DNA from: a bacterium
GTDB lineage: Bacteria; SAR324; NAC60-12
NCBI GenBank assembly: GCA_965205865.1
Contig: CBDBHR010000030.1
Span: forward strand, 1,024,001 to 1,088,000
Direction of reading: 5' to 3'
Length of the DNA stretch: 64,000 nucleotides
Part shown: positions 40,435 through 50,759 of the stretch, in pieces
Layout: each line of letters opens with the position of its first letter
How positions within the stretch are numbered: the first letter of the stretch is position 1
Notes under the pieces: generated by a model
Told to the model about the DNA's origin: nothing
What the model saw: the letters and a program-made list of their open reading frames with translations, nothing else
Databases searched by the model: none
Translations under genes and position numbers: made by a program

Positions 40435-43400
40435 TTAGACGTACGATTGTGAAATGATGATTTTCGGGGCGGTATATTCTCGATTGGTTCCCCCCCACCG
40501 GTAATGCTGCGAGCTCCGCTCTTGCCTTACCGACTCCCCCTCGAGGGGGGAGTGATTGGCGCTGGTATGCTGCGAGCTCCGCTCTTGCCTTACCGACTCC
40601 CCCTCGAGGGGGGAGTGATTGGCGCTGGTATGCTGCGAGCTCCGCTCTTGCCTTACCGACTCCCCCTCGAGGGGGGAGTGATTGGCGCTGGTATGCTGCG
40701 AGCTCCGCTCTTGCCTTACCGACTCCCCCTCGAGGGGGGAGTGATTGGCGCTGGTATGCTGCGAGCTCCGCTCTTGCCTTACCGACTCCCCCTCGAGGGG
40801 GGAGTGATTGGCGCTGGTATGCTGCGAGCTCCGCTCTTGCCTTACCGACTCCCCCTCGAGGGGGGAGTGATTGGCGCTGGTATGCTGCGAGCTCCGCTCT
40901 TGCCTTACCGACTCCCCCTCGAGGGGGGAGTGATTGGCGCTGGTATGCTGCGAGCTTCGCTCTTGACTTGCCGACTCCCCCTCGAGGGGAGGAGTGATTG
41001 GCGCTGAGTATGCTTGCGAGTAGTCCGAGTCGGTGCCTTACCGACTCCCCCTCGAGGGGGGAGTGATTGGCGCTGGTAATGCTGCGAGCTCCGCTCTCGC
41101 CTTACCGACTCCCCCTCGAGGGGAGGAGTGATTTTTTTGGCGCTGGTATGCTGCGAGCTTCGCTCTCTTGCCTTACCGACTCCCCCTCGAGGGGGGAGTG
41201 AGATTCGTTACTTTGCTGCGACGTTGATTTGTCCCGGTTGAAATCGTTTTTGCTATCCGAGAGGGGGGAGTGATGCGCACTGGTATGCTGCGGACTTTGC
41301 GTTTGACTTGCCGACTCCCCCTCGAGGGGGGAGTGAGATTCGTCGATTGGCTGAGACGTTGACTTGCCCCGGGAGAAATCGCTATTGCTAGTTGCGAGGG
41401 GGGAGTGGGTTTCGTGGGTTAGTTGGGTGTATTCCGGGGACAGGTATTTATTGATGATCTGCAACAGCGTGTCCAATTGTTGGGCGGGCACTATGGGGGT
41501 TTTCCTGATCTTGCGATGCAATTTGTTGATGTCTTTGGGCAGACTTTGGAAGCGTCCCCGTCTGACCAGTTCGATAGCTTGGTCGAACGCGTCTCGTTCG
41601 GCAGCAAGGGTCATCCCGGTGTTGCGGAAAGCCTTGAGATAGGCAATGGCCCGCGTCTGTTGCGGGTTCAGCTGTGGACTTTGTTGCTCCCTGATGATTT
41701 CTTGTTGCACCTGCGTACGGAAATGACGGAGCGCGCGCCGAACCTGTTCATGGTGCGTGCCAGGCAAAGGTCGGGCTGCAAGGTGGCGGTCGCATTTGAA
41801 GATGGGAGCGGCTTCCAAAAAGGCGTATTCTCTGGGAGTATCGTCTGCGCCCACGTAGTAAAAGGCGTTGTGGCTGTCGCTGCGTAAAAAGGTGAGGGTG
41901 CCATTTCGCAAGGTGGCATTGGCCACCGCATTGCGCATATTCAGGGGCATGTTTGCGATTTGCCTGAATTCTTCGGGCGATTCTTCGCGGAATCTGCGGA
42001 TCTCCATCAGGTATTGCAGGCGTTCGTTGGCCTCGCTCTTTTCCCGGACGCGCCCGTCGAACAGTCCGAACGTACCGACTTCTTCATCCGGGCTATAGAT
42101 CTGCGAGTCTTCTCCCAGGGCGGTGTGGAAGGCATGCAGTTTGGTGGAGGCTCGTTGGCGTAATCCGATATCATCTTCCACCTGTTCGGTGGGAAAGAAA
42201 TTGTAAACGTGAATTTTTTGCGCCGTTGCGCCGATACGGTTCAGGCGCCCGATGCGTTGCATCAAGCGGGTGGCGTTCCAGGGGATGTCGTAGTTGAGGA
42301 TGGTATTGGCGCGGTGCAGGTTCACGCCTTCGCTCAACACTTCGGTGGTGACCAGGACATCGTAATCCGAGCGCTGCCGGTCGAGCGTGACACTGGCATC
42401 GAAATTGTCCCGGATGGCGTCTTGCAGACGTTTGCGGTTGTGGGCGTTCACTGCCAGCGTTTTGTCATAGCCACTGTTGTGAAATCGTGCGGTTAGGTAA
42501 TCCGTGGTCTCCAATGATTCGGAAAAGACGACCAGTTTTCGTTCCGGGTTGCGCCTCTTGTCGAAAAGGTCGCTTTCCAGCACGGAGAGGAGCTTGTCCC
42601 ATTTGGGGTCTTGCCCGTTCTCGATGACGCGCTGCCATTTCTCTTGCATGTCAGTGAGAAGGGCATGATCCTTCTCCAAGTCTGCGACAAAACCTGCTTC
42701 AAAGTCGTTTCTGCTTACGATTTTGATGCCCGGGTCGGTACTTTGTTCGTACTGCAGCATTTCCAGCAGTTCGTCTTCCCTGTCTTCCAGAACGTACTCG
42801 CTGACCTGGCGTTCAGGGGCAATGATGATACGATCGTCGGCAATCATTTTCAGCATGGCTCCGGCGGCGGCGGTGAAGCGAGTGAGTGAACGATGGAAGG
42901 CGTGAAAGCTACTGTCCAGGCGCTTGATCAAAAGTGTTTTCATGATCGCCGCCAGCTGTTGGGTAAAAAATTCGGGACGCATGTAATCCCGCTTGTGTTC
43001 CGGTTTGAGATATTCGATGGCCCGGTAGCGCGCGTAGCTCAAACCACGCTTACCGGTATTGGCGAGCAGAGAAACCGTTTCATCGTAGAGTTGGTTGATC
43101 TTCGCTTGCAGCGGGTAGAGCAAGATCTCAGGTTTGCTCACCTCGGGGAAAACGATGCCCTGCTTTCCGAGATCCCCGGCGTACATGGGATGTTCGAGCA
43201 GGTCGCTGCGGGTGCGGCGCACCGTGAGCGGCTCGATGATTTTATCCCTCACCTCAGCGTAAAGTCTGGCAATATCATCTTTGGACTCATCCAATTCCTC
43301 ACGTATCGGCTTTTCGTTTTCCTTGCTCACGTCTGGCCGTCTCCGGACCATGGCCGTAGTCCTCTTGTCCTTACGTATCAGCTTTTCGTATTCTTTATTG

Positions 43401-44704
43401 ACACGCGCGAAGAAGCGGCCGACGTTCACCTCCAGCGTGCTGTCGTTGGCGTCCTGAAAGAGCAACAACTGGTTTTTTATATCATCGGGTCGATTGTTCA
43501 AAGGGGTGGCGGAGACCAGGATGACTTTTTTCTCCTTCCCGTTGCGACATGGCGTTTTGCAGATACGCTGCAGATTGACGTAGGCTTCGGAGCTGTCGTT
43601 TCTGAATTGGTGCGCTTCATCGACGATCACCAGGTCAATTTCGACCGGGTTTTCGATCTTATGCAAACTGCCGTTGGTGAAAAAGGACACGTTGTCCAGT
43701 TGGAATTTGCCCGTCGTTTCCTGCCAGTTGCTCTTCAACGCCGGTGGCATGACGATGAGGGTGCGGGAAAGGTAGTCGGGAAAACCGTTGTGATGGAAAT
43801 ACTGCCTGGCAATGAGGGTGGCGACCACGGTTTTGCCCAACCCCACTACGTCGGCGAGAAAGAAACCGTTGTGTTTTTTGAGGATCTCATAGCCCTGGTT
43901 GACGGCGTCCAATTGGTAGGTCAGCCGTTTGAACCCCTGGGGCAAGTCTTTGATGTCGTTGGGGTCGAATTCGATCTCCTTGCCGAAGTATTCGATCAGT
44001 AACTTGACATAGAGCTCGAAGGGAGTGAAATCATCTTGCAGGTAGGATTTTTTGATGACTGCCTCCATCTCCGCCGGCAGGATTTCTACCGCTTCCTCCC
44101 ACAGTTTTTCGAATTCAGCGGTTGCGAACTCGACGTCATCGTAGTCTCTCAGCGAGACGTTGAATTCGTAGTTGGCAGCGTGCTCCCCGGAGTCGTCATC
44201 AACGCCCAGTCCGGCTTCAGTGAGGTTTGACGATCCGCTGATGACTTCGCAGGCGCTGTGCGGGTTGAAGTCGCGCGGACGAAAGATATAGAGCTTGGCG
44301 TGCAGTTTTCGCCTGGGATGGGCCTTGATCTTTATTTTTCCACAAGCAATGTCCGCTACGAACTGGAGAATACTTTTTTCCAATTCTGCGGAATAGTCGA
44401 CCCTTTCGACTTCATGCTTCAGTTGCCCGCAATAGTCTTCTTTCGTCGCCTCCCTGTCGCCGATGGTTTGCAGTAGAAGTCCCTGACCATGGTATTTTTC
44501 GACGATGGTATCGACGTCGATACCGACAAGCACGCGGATTTGCGGGACGTTCTCCAGACTGGGACGGATGCGGAAATATCCACTGGAGCGAAAATAGCCC
44601 ACCAGCGCGTCGAAGTGCGCGATATGCGGGTTGTGCTCGAATATGCCTTTGAATTTTTCGAGTAGCGTGTTTTGCCTGGCGTTGGTAAAGAATTTAGTGG
44701 CCAT
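40435..44704 (-). CDS. PLD-like nuclease + SNF2-type helicase; true C-terminus (PKIIISQSYV*) lies beyond the repeat array
   Basis: LHAKLYIF/GSSNLT, LADVVGLGKT, DEAH, SATP, EGVNL, QRIGRLNR; the track ORF stops at 41102 because of indels in the repeats. Confidence 0.85.
40504..41340. repeat. 63-bp tandem repeat array with palindrome actccccctcgaggggggagt (about 7 perfect units, then degenerate)
   Basis: Head-to-tail units with no spacers; the minus-strand frame reads HSPLEGESVRQERSSQHTSAN. Confidence 0.95.
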
Positions 44705-44730
44705 GATTGTTTTTTAACTCCTTGCAAACC

Positions 44731-47700
44731 TCATCTTCGGGACAATTCACGAAAAAGCGCCTGCGCGGGATGCAGGGGTTTGAAATCGTCGAAGCGTTTC
44801 ACTTGAGTTCGGCAGGAATAACCCGTTGCCAGCAAAGAACGCCTGGTTTCTTCATCAGCAGGGATATACTCTCCCCAACTCATCAGGTAAATTCCTTTCG
44901 ATTCGGCATAGTGTTCAATCTCGTGGCCATAGGTTCCGCACATGCCGCAACAGCCCAGCGCGGGGAGGTCCAATTCCAAACCGAATGCCTGGTAAATACG
45001 CTGCCATTGTTTCTGAGAATCGAATACCGCCGTTTTCTCATGGCAATGACCCAAAAGCCGGTAGTTGAGGCGAGTCGATGGCCCTTGGGGATGAAGCTTC
45101 CGAAGACGGGGCAATTGGGAAGTCAACCACTCTTGCAGCAGTTGCACCCGGAACGCGAGGTTTTCCTGATCGAGGATTTTGGGATATTCATCGCGATAAG
45201 TGAGCACCATGCTCGGTTCGATTCCAATAATCGCAATCTCCAGTTGCGCCAGTTTTTCCAGATAGGCAGTATTTTTTTCAGCCAGCGTCCGGAAGGCTGA
45301 CAGAAAGCCCTTGACGTGCAAGGGTTTGCCGTTGGCACGGAAAGGCGGTACGTACACCACGTAGCCCAGCATGCGCAACAAATCGTAAATCTCCAGCACC
45401 AGAGATGCTTCATAGTACGTGGTGAACAGATCCTGCAGTAAAATCACGGAGCGCTCCTTCTCCCCGGCAGTCAAACCGGCCAGCTTCGTATGATCAAAGG
45501 CGGGCGCATGCCGCTGGCGCAGCCCTTCTTTCAGCGGAGCGGGACTGATTCGTGGGACGTCGCACAACCCGATAATCTTCTCGAGAACGATCCGTACCGG
45601 ATAAAATTGCATGAGTTCGTTGTTCAAGCGGATTGCACGCGCCTGGAGTGGGGTTATCCATTCAATGCCTGCCACCAGGTAATCCCGCAATGGTCTCAGG
45701 TAACGCGTATGATACAACTCCAGAAATCGGGAGCGGAACTGCGGAACGTCGACATGAATCGGGCATTGAACCGCGCAGGCTTTGCAAGCCAGACAGCCGG
45801 CCATCGCCTCGTAAACTTCATGAGAAAAATCATACTCCCCCCGCCTGCGCGCACGGGTATTGCGAAATTTCCGCAGAAAATGAGTCGCCTCATCGAGCTT
45901 GTTTCCGCTATCCCCGCTTTTCGAGGGCTCGCGGGAGGGCTCGGCATTTTGCCGCATAAGACCCAACTGGCGCAGCCACTCCCGCATCATACCCGCTCTT
46001 CCTTTGGGAGAATGAATGCGGTCTCTGGTGACTTTCGAAGAAGGGCACATCACGTGGTGCGGATCATAGTTGAAACAAATGCCATTGCCATTGCAGTTGA
46101 GGGCGGCATCATACCCGGTACGGAGGGAAGGCGGAATCTGCCGGTCGAAATGCCCTCTGAGGGGAGATTCCAGAGGAAGAACCTCGTCCTCGAGGGAATA
46201 AGGGGTCACGATTTTTCCGGGATTCAATTTATTGTCGGGATCAAAAGCTTCCTTGATTTTTCGGAGATCCTGGTACAGTTCTCTTCCGAAGAAAAGCGGC
46301 GAGTATTCACTGCGGAATCCCTGGCCATGCTCGGCCCACATGGTACCCCCGTATTTACGTACCAGTTCGACCACCTGGTCGGACAAGCGGCGGATCAATG
46401 CTTCATCTTCCGGTTCTTTCATATCCAATGCGGGCCGCACGTGGAGACATCCCACGTCCACGTGGCCGTACATCCCGTATTCCAGCCCCTGCGCATCCAG
46501 AAGTGCCGTGAATTCGGCAATATAGGCAGCCAGATTTTCCGGTGGCACGGCCGTATCTTCCACAAAAGGCAGGGGCTTGCGATTGCCTTGCGTGTTTCCT
46601 AAAAGACCCGCTCCTTTTTTTCTCAGATCCCAAAGATGGTTCATTTCCTCCGCATCTTGCGTGGCATAAAAACCGCTGGCCTGCCCGCAAGAAGTCCCGC
46701 GCCGAGGAACCCCCGACCCCTTGAGGGAGGGGTCAGTGGAGGGGGGAGTGGCGTTATTACCAGCAGCCCGCTCGGAAGGAATCCCGCGCCAAGGAACCCC
46801 CGACCCCTCGAGGGCTGGATCAGGGGAGCGCGTGTCATAATAGCCGCTGGCCTGCCCCGAAGGAATCCCGCGCCGAGGAATCCCCCTCCCCTTGAGGGAG
46901 GGGTCAGGGGAGGGGGGAGTGGCGTTATTACCAGCAGCCCGCTCGGAAGGAATCCCGCGCCGAGGAACCCCTGACCCCTCGAGGGCAGGATCAGGGGAGC
47001 GCGTGTCATAATAGCCGCTGGCCTGCCCCGAAGGAATCCCCCTCCCCTCGAGGGAGGGGTCAGGGGAGGGGGAGATCGCCCGGCACAAGTCGCGAACGTG
47101 TTGCTCGAGCTTGCCGGCATCGTTTCCGCTGAATTCGACCAGATTGATCGCACGTGTTGGCGCCCATTCTTCATCGGCAATGAAATCCCGCACATGGTGA
47201 TAAATTGCGTCGCCCCTGGCCAATTCCAGTATTTTTTCGTCAATCGTTTCAATGGCTGCCGGTTCGTAATCCAGCAGCAAGCGAGCCTGCTGCAGAGCGT
47301 CATTGAAGGATTGATACTTGATCACCAGCAAGTGTTTGTATTTCGGAATCGGGGTGAGCCTGAGCTTCGCTTCGCAGAGAGTGACCAGGGTTCCTTCCGA
47401 ACCGGCCAGTAAATTATTCAAATTGAAACGGTCTCTTTTTGCGGAATAAACTCTGGCCAGATTATAGCCGGTCAGAAATCGGCTCATTTTCGGAAACTGT
47501 TTCTCGATCAGCTTTGCTTTACCGGTCACAATGGCATCCACCACCCGGTGGACTCGTCCCACGATATTATCCTGCTTCTTCAGCTCCAAGAGTTGCTCGA
47601 GACTGATTTCCCTCGATTGCCAGATGGTTCCTTCCTGAAAGACAAAAGAGAGTTCCAGAATATGATTGCTGGTTCTGCCATAAATGCGGGATCCCTTGCC

Positions 47701-48240
47701 ACAGGCGTCGGTGCTGATCATTCCTCCCAGGGTGGCCCGGCTGCTGGGAGAAAGATTCGGCGCGAAAAAGACGCCGAATGGCTTCAGATGATCGTTCAAC
47801 TGGTCCAGAACGACTCCTGGCTGCACGCGAACCCATTTCTCCTGCAGATCGACTTGCAGAATACGATTCATGTGCTTGGAACAATCGATGATGATTCCCG
47901 GTGAAAGCGATTGTCCGTTGGTGCCGGTTCCTCCTCCCCGGGCAGTGAAGTCCAGACCCTGAAAACGCTCTTCCCGCGCCAATTTGAACAATTCCGAGAT
48001 ATCTTCTGCAGAACACGGAAAGAGCACCGCCCGGGGAAGAATTTGATAAATGCTGTTGTCGGTCGCCGTGACCAGGCGCGCGCCATAATCGGTACGGATT
48101 TCACCGGAAAACGAGGTTTTTCTCAGTTCCCGCAAATAATCCGCACAGACTCTGCTCTGCGCATCGTCTTGCGGAGTTTCATGAGGGCTCCCGCCCGGTC
48201 TGCCGGACGACAACGTGGAAAGATGCAATCGTGGGATCAT
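44731..48240 (-). CDS. FAD-binding and Fe-S-binding oxidoreductase (YdiJ / D-2-hydroxyglutarate dehydrogenase-like) with repeat insertion
   Basis: RGGGTGTNGQ, GSEGTL, GHVDVGCLHVRP, AEHG, CLACKAC..CP, CCGMCG. Confidence 0.9.
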   Translation of the reverse strand: MIPRLHLSTLSSGRPGGSPHETPQDDAQSRVCADYLRELRKTSFSGEIRTDYGARLVTATDNSIYQILPRAVLFPCSAEDISELFKLAREERFQGLDFTARGGGTGTNGQSLSPGIIIDCSKHMNRILQVDLQEKWVRVQPGVVLDQLNDHLKPFGVFFAPNLSPSSRATLGGMISTDACGKGSRIYGRTSNHILELSFVFQEGTIWQSREISLEQLLELKKQDNIVGRVHRVVDAIVTGKAKLIEKQFPKMSRFLTGYNLARVYSAKRDRFNLNNLLAGSEGTLVTLCEAKLRLTPIPKYKHLLVIKYQSFNDALQQARLLLDYEPAAIETIDEKILELARGDAIYHHVRDFIADEEWAPTRAINLVEFSGNDAGKLEQHVRDLCRAISPSPDPSLEGRGIPSGQASGYYDTRSPDPALEGSGVPRRGIPSERAAGNNATPPSPDPSLKGRGIPRRGIPSGQASGYYDTRSPDPALEGSGVPWRGIPSERAAGNNATPPSTDPSLKGSGVPRRGTSCGQASGFYATQDAEEMNHLWDLRKKGAGLLGNTQGNRKPLPFVEDTAVPPENLAAYIAEFTALLDAQGLEYGMYGHVDVGCLHVRPALDMKEPEDEALIRRLSDQVVELVRKYGGTMWAEHGQGFRSEYSPLFFGRELYQDLRKIKEAFDPDNKLNPGKIVTPYSLEDEVLPLESPLRGHFDRQIPPSLRTGYDAALNCNGNGICFNYDPHHVMCPSSKVTRDRIHSPKGRAGMMREWLRQLGLMRQNAEPSREPSKSGDSGNKLDEATHFLRKFRNTRARRRGEYDFSHEVYEAMAGCLACKACAVQCPIHVDVPQFRSRFLELYHTRYLRPLRDYLVAGIEWITPLQARAIRLNNELMQFYPVRIVLEKIIGLCDVPRISPAPLKEGLRQRHAPAFDHTKLAGLTAGEKERSVILLQDLFTTYYEASLVLEIYDLLRMLGYVVYVPPFRANGKPLHVKGFLSAFRTLAEKNTAYLEKLAQLEIAIIGIEPSMVLTYRDEYPKILDQENLAFRVQLLQEWLTSQLPRLRKLHPQGPSTRLNYRLLGHCHEKTAVFDSQKQWQRIYQAFGLELDLPALGCCGMCGTYGHEIEHYAESKGIYLMSWGEYIPADEETRRSLLATGYSCRTQVKRFDDFKPLHPAQALFRELSRR
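46673..47075. repeat. In-frame 171-bp tandem repeat with REP-like hairpins
   Basis: ccgctggcctgccc at 46673, 46844 and 47015; encodes a 57-aa unit containing SPDPSLEGRG-like peptides. Confidence 0.9.
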
Positions 48241-48314
48241 GAGCGCCCTTTCTCCAAATGCGATTCAAAGTCTCGCCATCTATATTTTTTTGAATTTTTT
48301 ATCACAACCCGACC

Positions 48315-49787
48315 TCAACGTCGCAGATCGTGATATTTTTTCACCCACTTGAGCAGGGAGGTGGGAACGTGGGCTTTTTTCCATTCACTAGCCGCGTATT
48401 TCGCCGCCTCGGAGAAGGTGGGATAAGGATGGATTGTTGCCAGAATCTTATTCAACCCCAATCCATGTTTCATGGCCAGGATGAATTCCACCAGCAAATC
48501 ACCCGCGTGCGCACCACAGATCGTGGCCCCCAGAATACGATCTTTTCCGGGAGGAGTGATCACCTTGACCATTCCGCGGTCTGCCCGGTCCGTGATGGCC
48601 CTGTCCAGATCGTCCAGACCGTAGCGAGTCACTTCATGCGGGATGTTCCGTTGCCGCGCTTCGCATTCACTCAATCCGACCCGCGCCACTTCCGGATCCG
48701 TGTACGTACACCAGGGCACAACCGAATAATCCACCTTGAATTTCTTGAATGGATGAAGCAGGGCGTTGATCGCGCAATACCATGCTTGATGACCTGCCAT
48801 GTGGGTGAACTGGTAAGGCCCCGCCACGTCGCCACAGGCATAAATATTGGGAATGTTGCTACGCAAGTACGAATCCACGTGAATGGTCCCATTCGGGTTC
48901 AGCTTCACGCCCAACTCTTGCAGACCAAAACCCGCCGTATTGGCCTTACGCCCCGTGGCTATAATCACTCGATCGAAGGGCAAGATGGCTTCCTTGCCAT
49001 CTCTCTCATAGACCGCCCGGCAGTCCTCCCCCCCTTTCTCGAAGCGGATCAATTTCACTTTCGTCAAGACCTCGACTCCATCTTGTTTGAAAGCATCCTG
49101 CACGAAACGGACAACGTCGGGATCCTCTCTGGGCAAGATGGTGGGCTGCGTCTGCATGACCGTAACCCGCGATCCCAAGCGGCTGAAAGCCTGGGCCAAT
49201 TCGCAGCCGATGGGCCCTCCTCCCACCACCAGCAGGCGTTTGGGCTGTTCTCGGATTTCCCACAGATTATCGGAGTGCAAATAATCCAGATTTTCGATAC
49301 CGGGAATCGGAGGAACAAAAGGCCGGGCGCCGGTGGCCACCACGATATTCCGGGTTGTCAATCTCCGATCGGGAAGCTGCACTTCACAGGGAGAAAGTAT
49401 TTTCGCCTCCCCCTGAAAACAATCCACTCCCAGTGAGGCGTAGCGCTCCACGCTGTCATGGGGTTCGATTTTGCGGATAATGGCCTGGATCCGTTCCATC
49501 ACCTGCGCAAAATCGACCTTGTATTGTACGCCTTCCAGACCATATTCCGCGTGCTGCTTCAAGGTTTTGGCGACCCGGGCGCTGCTGATCAACGACTTGC
49601 TGGGAACGCATCCGGTGTTCAGGCAATCTCCTCCCATCTTGCGCTTCTCGATCAAAGCCACTTTCGCTTTGGTCACCGCGCCGATCAATGAAGTGACCAG
49701 TCCTGCCGATCCTGCTCCAATGACAATCATGTTGTAATCATATTTTCCCACTTTGACCTTTCTGACGTTAAAATTGGGACCCTTCAA
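48315..49787 (-). CDS. Pyridine nucleotide-disulfide oxidoreductase (MerA/Lpd-like)
   Basis: GAGSAG, GGDCLNTGCVPSK, GGGPIG, HPYPT; start codon uncertain. Confidence 0.9.
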   Translation of the reverse strand: MKGPNFNVRKVKVGKYDYNMIVIGAGSAGLVTSLIGAVTKAKVALIEKRKMGGDCLNTGCVPSKSLISSARVAKTLKQHAEYGLEGVQYKVDFAQVMERIQAIIRKIEPHDSVERYASLGVDCFQGEAKILSPCEVQLPDRRLTTRNIVVATGARPFVPPIPGIENLDYLHSDNLWEIREQPKRLLVVGGGPIGCELAQAFSRLGSRVTVMQTQPTILPREDPDVVRFVQDAFKQDGVEVLTKVKLIRFEKGGEDCRAVYERDGKEAILPFDRVIIATGRKANTAGFGLQELGVKLNPNGTIHVDSYLRSNIPNIYACGDVAGPYQFTHMAGHQAWYCAINALLHPFKKFKVDYSVVPWCTYTDPEVARVGLSECEARQRNIPHEVTRYGLDDLDRAITDRADRGMVKVITPPGKDRILGATICGAHAGDLLVEFILAMKHGLGLNKILATIHPYPTFSEAAKYAASEWKKAHVPTSLLKWVKKYHDLRR

Positions 49788-49801
49788 TAATAGAAAAAAG
49801 T

Positions 49802-49909
49802 AGTTTACAGTTTGCCGCCTTTTTTGTCATTCCTGCGCAGGCAGGAATCCAGTGGTAGTCACTAAGATGGATCCCCACATTCGCGAGGATGACAGAAGAA
49901 CTGTAAACT
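49802..49909. repeat. REP-like palindrome (gtcattcctgcg...gcaggaatcc...ggatgac) bounded by 11-bp inverted repeats
   Basis: agtttacagtt at 49802-49812 and aactgtaaact at 49899-49909; same core as ~54005-54124. Confidence 0.7.
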
Positions 49910-50009
49910 GGAAAATGAAAGATGCTTTAAAATTGGATTGAAACTATCAATCAATGTGTTATAAAGTCGGGTTTTCAAACTCAATGATAACCTGTTTTCT
50001 AGAAAACTT

Positions 50010-50228
50010 ATGGCCATTGTCGTCCATGTCAGAGATGGAAATATCGGAAAGTCGCTGATGCAGCTCAAGCGAACCCTGATCAAGGAAGGATTGTTCAGAG
50101 AACTCAAAAAACGCAAGTTCTATGCCAAGCCATCCTTAGCCAGAAAATTGAAGCGTGACGCAGCAGAAAAGCAACGTAACAAGGATTTGAAACGAGAAAT
50201 ACGTGCTGCGTTGAAGGCGGACTTTTAA
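50010..50228 (+). CDS. rpsU: 30S ribosomal protein S21
   Basis: V.VRDGNI...LKR...ELKKRKFYAKPS. Confidence 0.9.
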   Translation: MAIVVHVRDGNIGKSLMQLKRTLIKEGLFRELKKRKFYAKPSLARKLKRDAAEKQRNKDLKREIRAALKADF

Positions 50229-50408
50229 TAAAAACACCCTGTTTTTCGTTGAAAGGGACTATCCTTTGGGGAATCGCAAAGCGCCGGCTTCCCGAAGGAA
50301 GTCATGCGTGAAAAATAAGAGCGTGGGTGAATTGGAACAATGCCCCTTTTCTCTACTCGGCCATTTCTCTTCGGTGGTCCGGAAGATCAGGAATCCCGTT
50401 GCGTCGAT

Positions 50409-50630
50409 CTAGAGGGCGTTGATTTTATCCGGCACTTCATGGTCTTCGGGAAAGCGTCCCGATTGTTTTTTGGAAAAAACCAGATTTTCGTCCACTTTTA
50501 CTTCAAAAACGCCTCCATCGGAACTCACGAGGATTGCTTCCACTCCGTATTTTTCTTTCAATTCTGCAGCCAAACTGGTTGCGCGGGGTAAATAGTTTCA
50601 AGTGTTGCAATATTCAATTTCAATCTGCAT
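50409..50630 (-). CDS. Rdx-family (SelW/SelT/SelH-like) selenoprotein, 73 aa, Sec at codon 11
   Basis: MQIEIEYCNT[TGA 50598-50600]NYLPRATSLAAEL...GGVFEVKVDENLVFSKKQSGRFP; RBS ggagaagg. Confidence 0.88.
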
Positions 50631-50759
50631 ACCTTCTCCGTAGTACAAGGTTGTTTTCGCATAAGGGATGGGGTTTTCCCTGAAAAGCCCGATTCACGAA
50701 TCTCGTAAGCCAGGATTTCCGTCAGTCATCAGGTTCTTTACTATATTGAATTCAAAAAA

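Noticed and set aside
40504-41007. Plus-strand 167-aa repeat ORF
   Set aside because: Antisense shadow of the tandem repeat; the minus-strand frame continues the helicase
40504-41340. CRISPR array
   Set aside because: Units are head-to-tail identical with no unique spacers, and there are no cas genes
42893-49436. Long plus-strand ORFs (369, 370, 368 aa)
   Set aside because: Antisense to well-supported genes, with no recognisable motifs
48315-49787. True mercuric reductase (merA)
   Set aside because: No C-terminal Cys pair and no mer operon context
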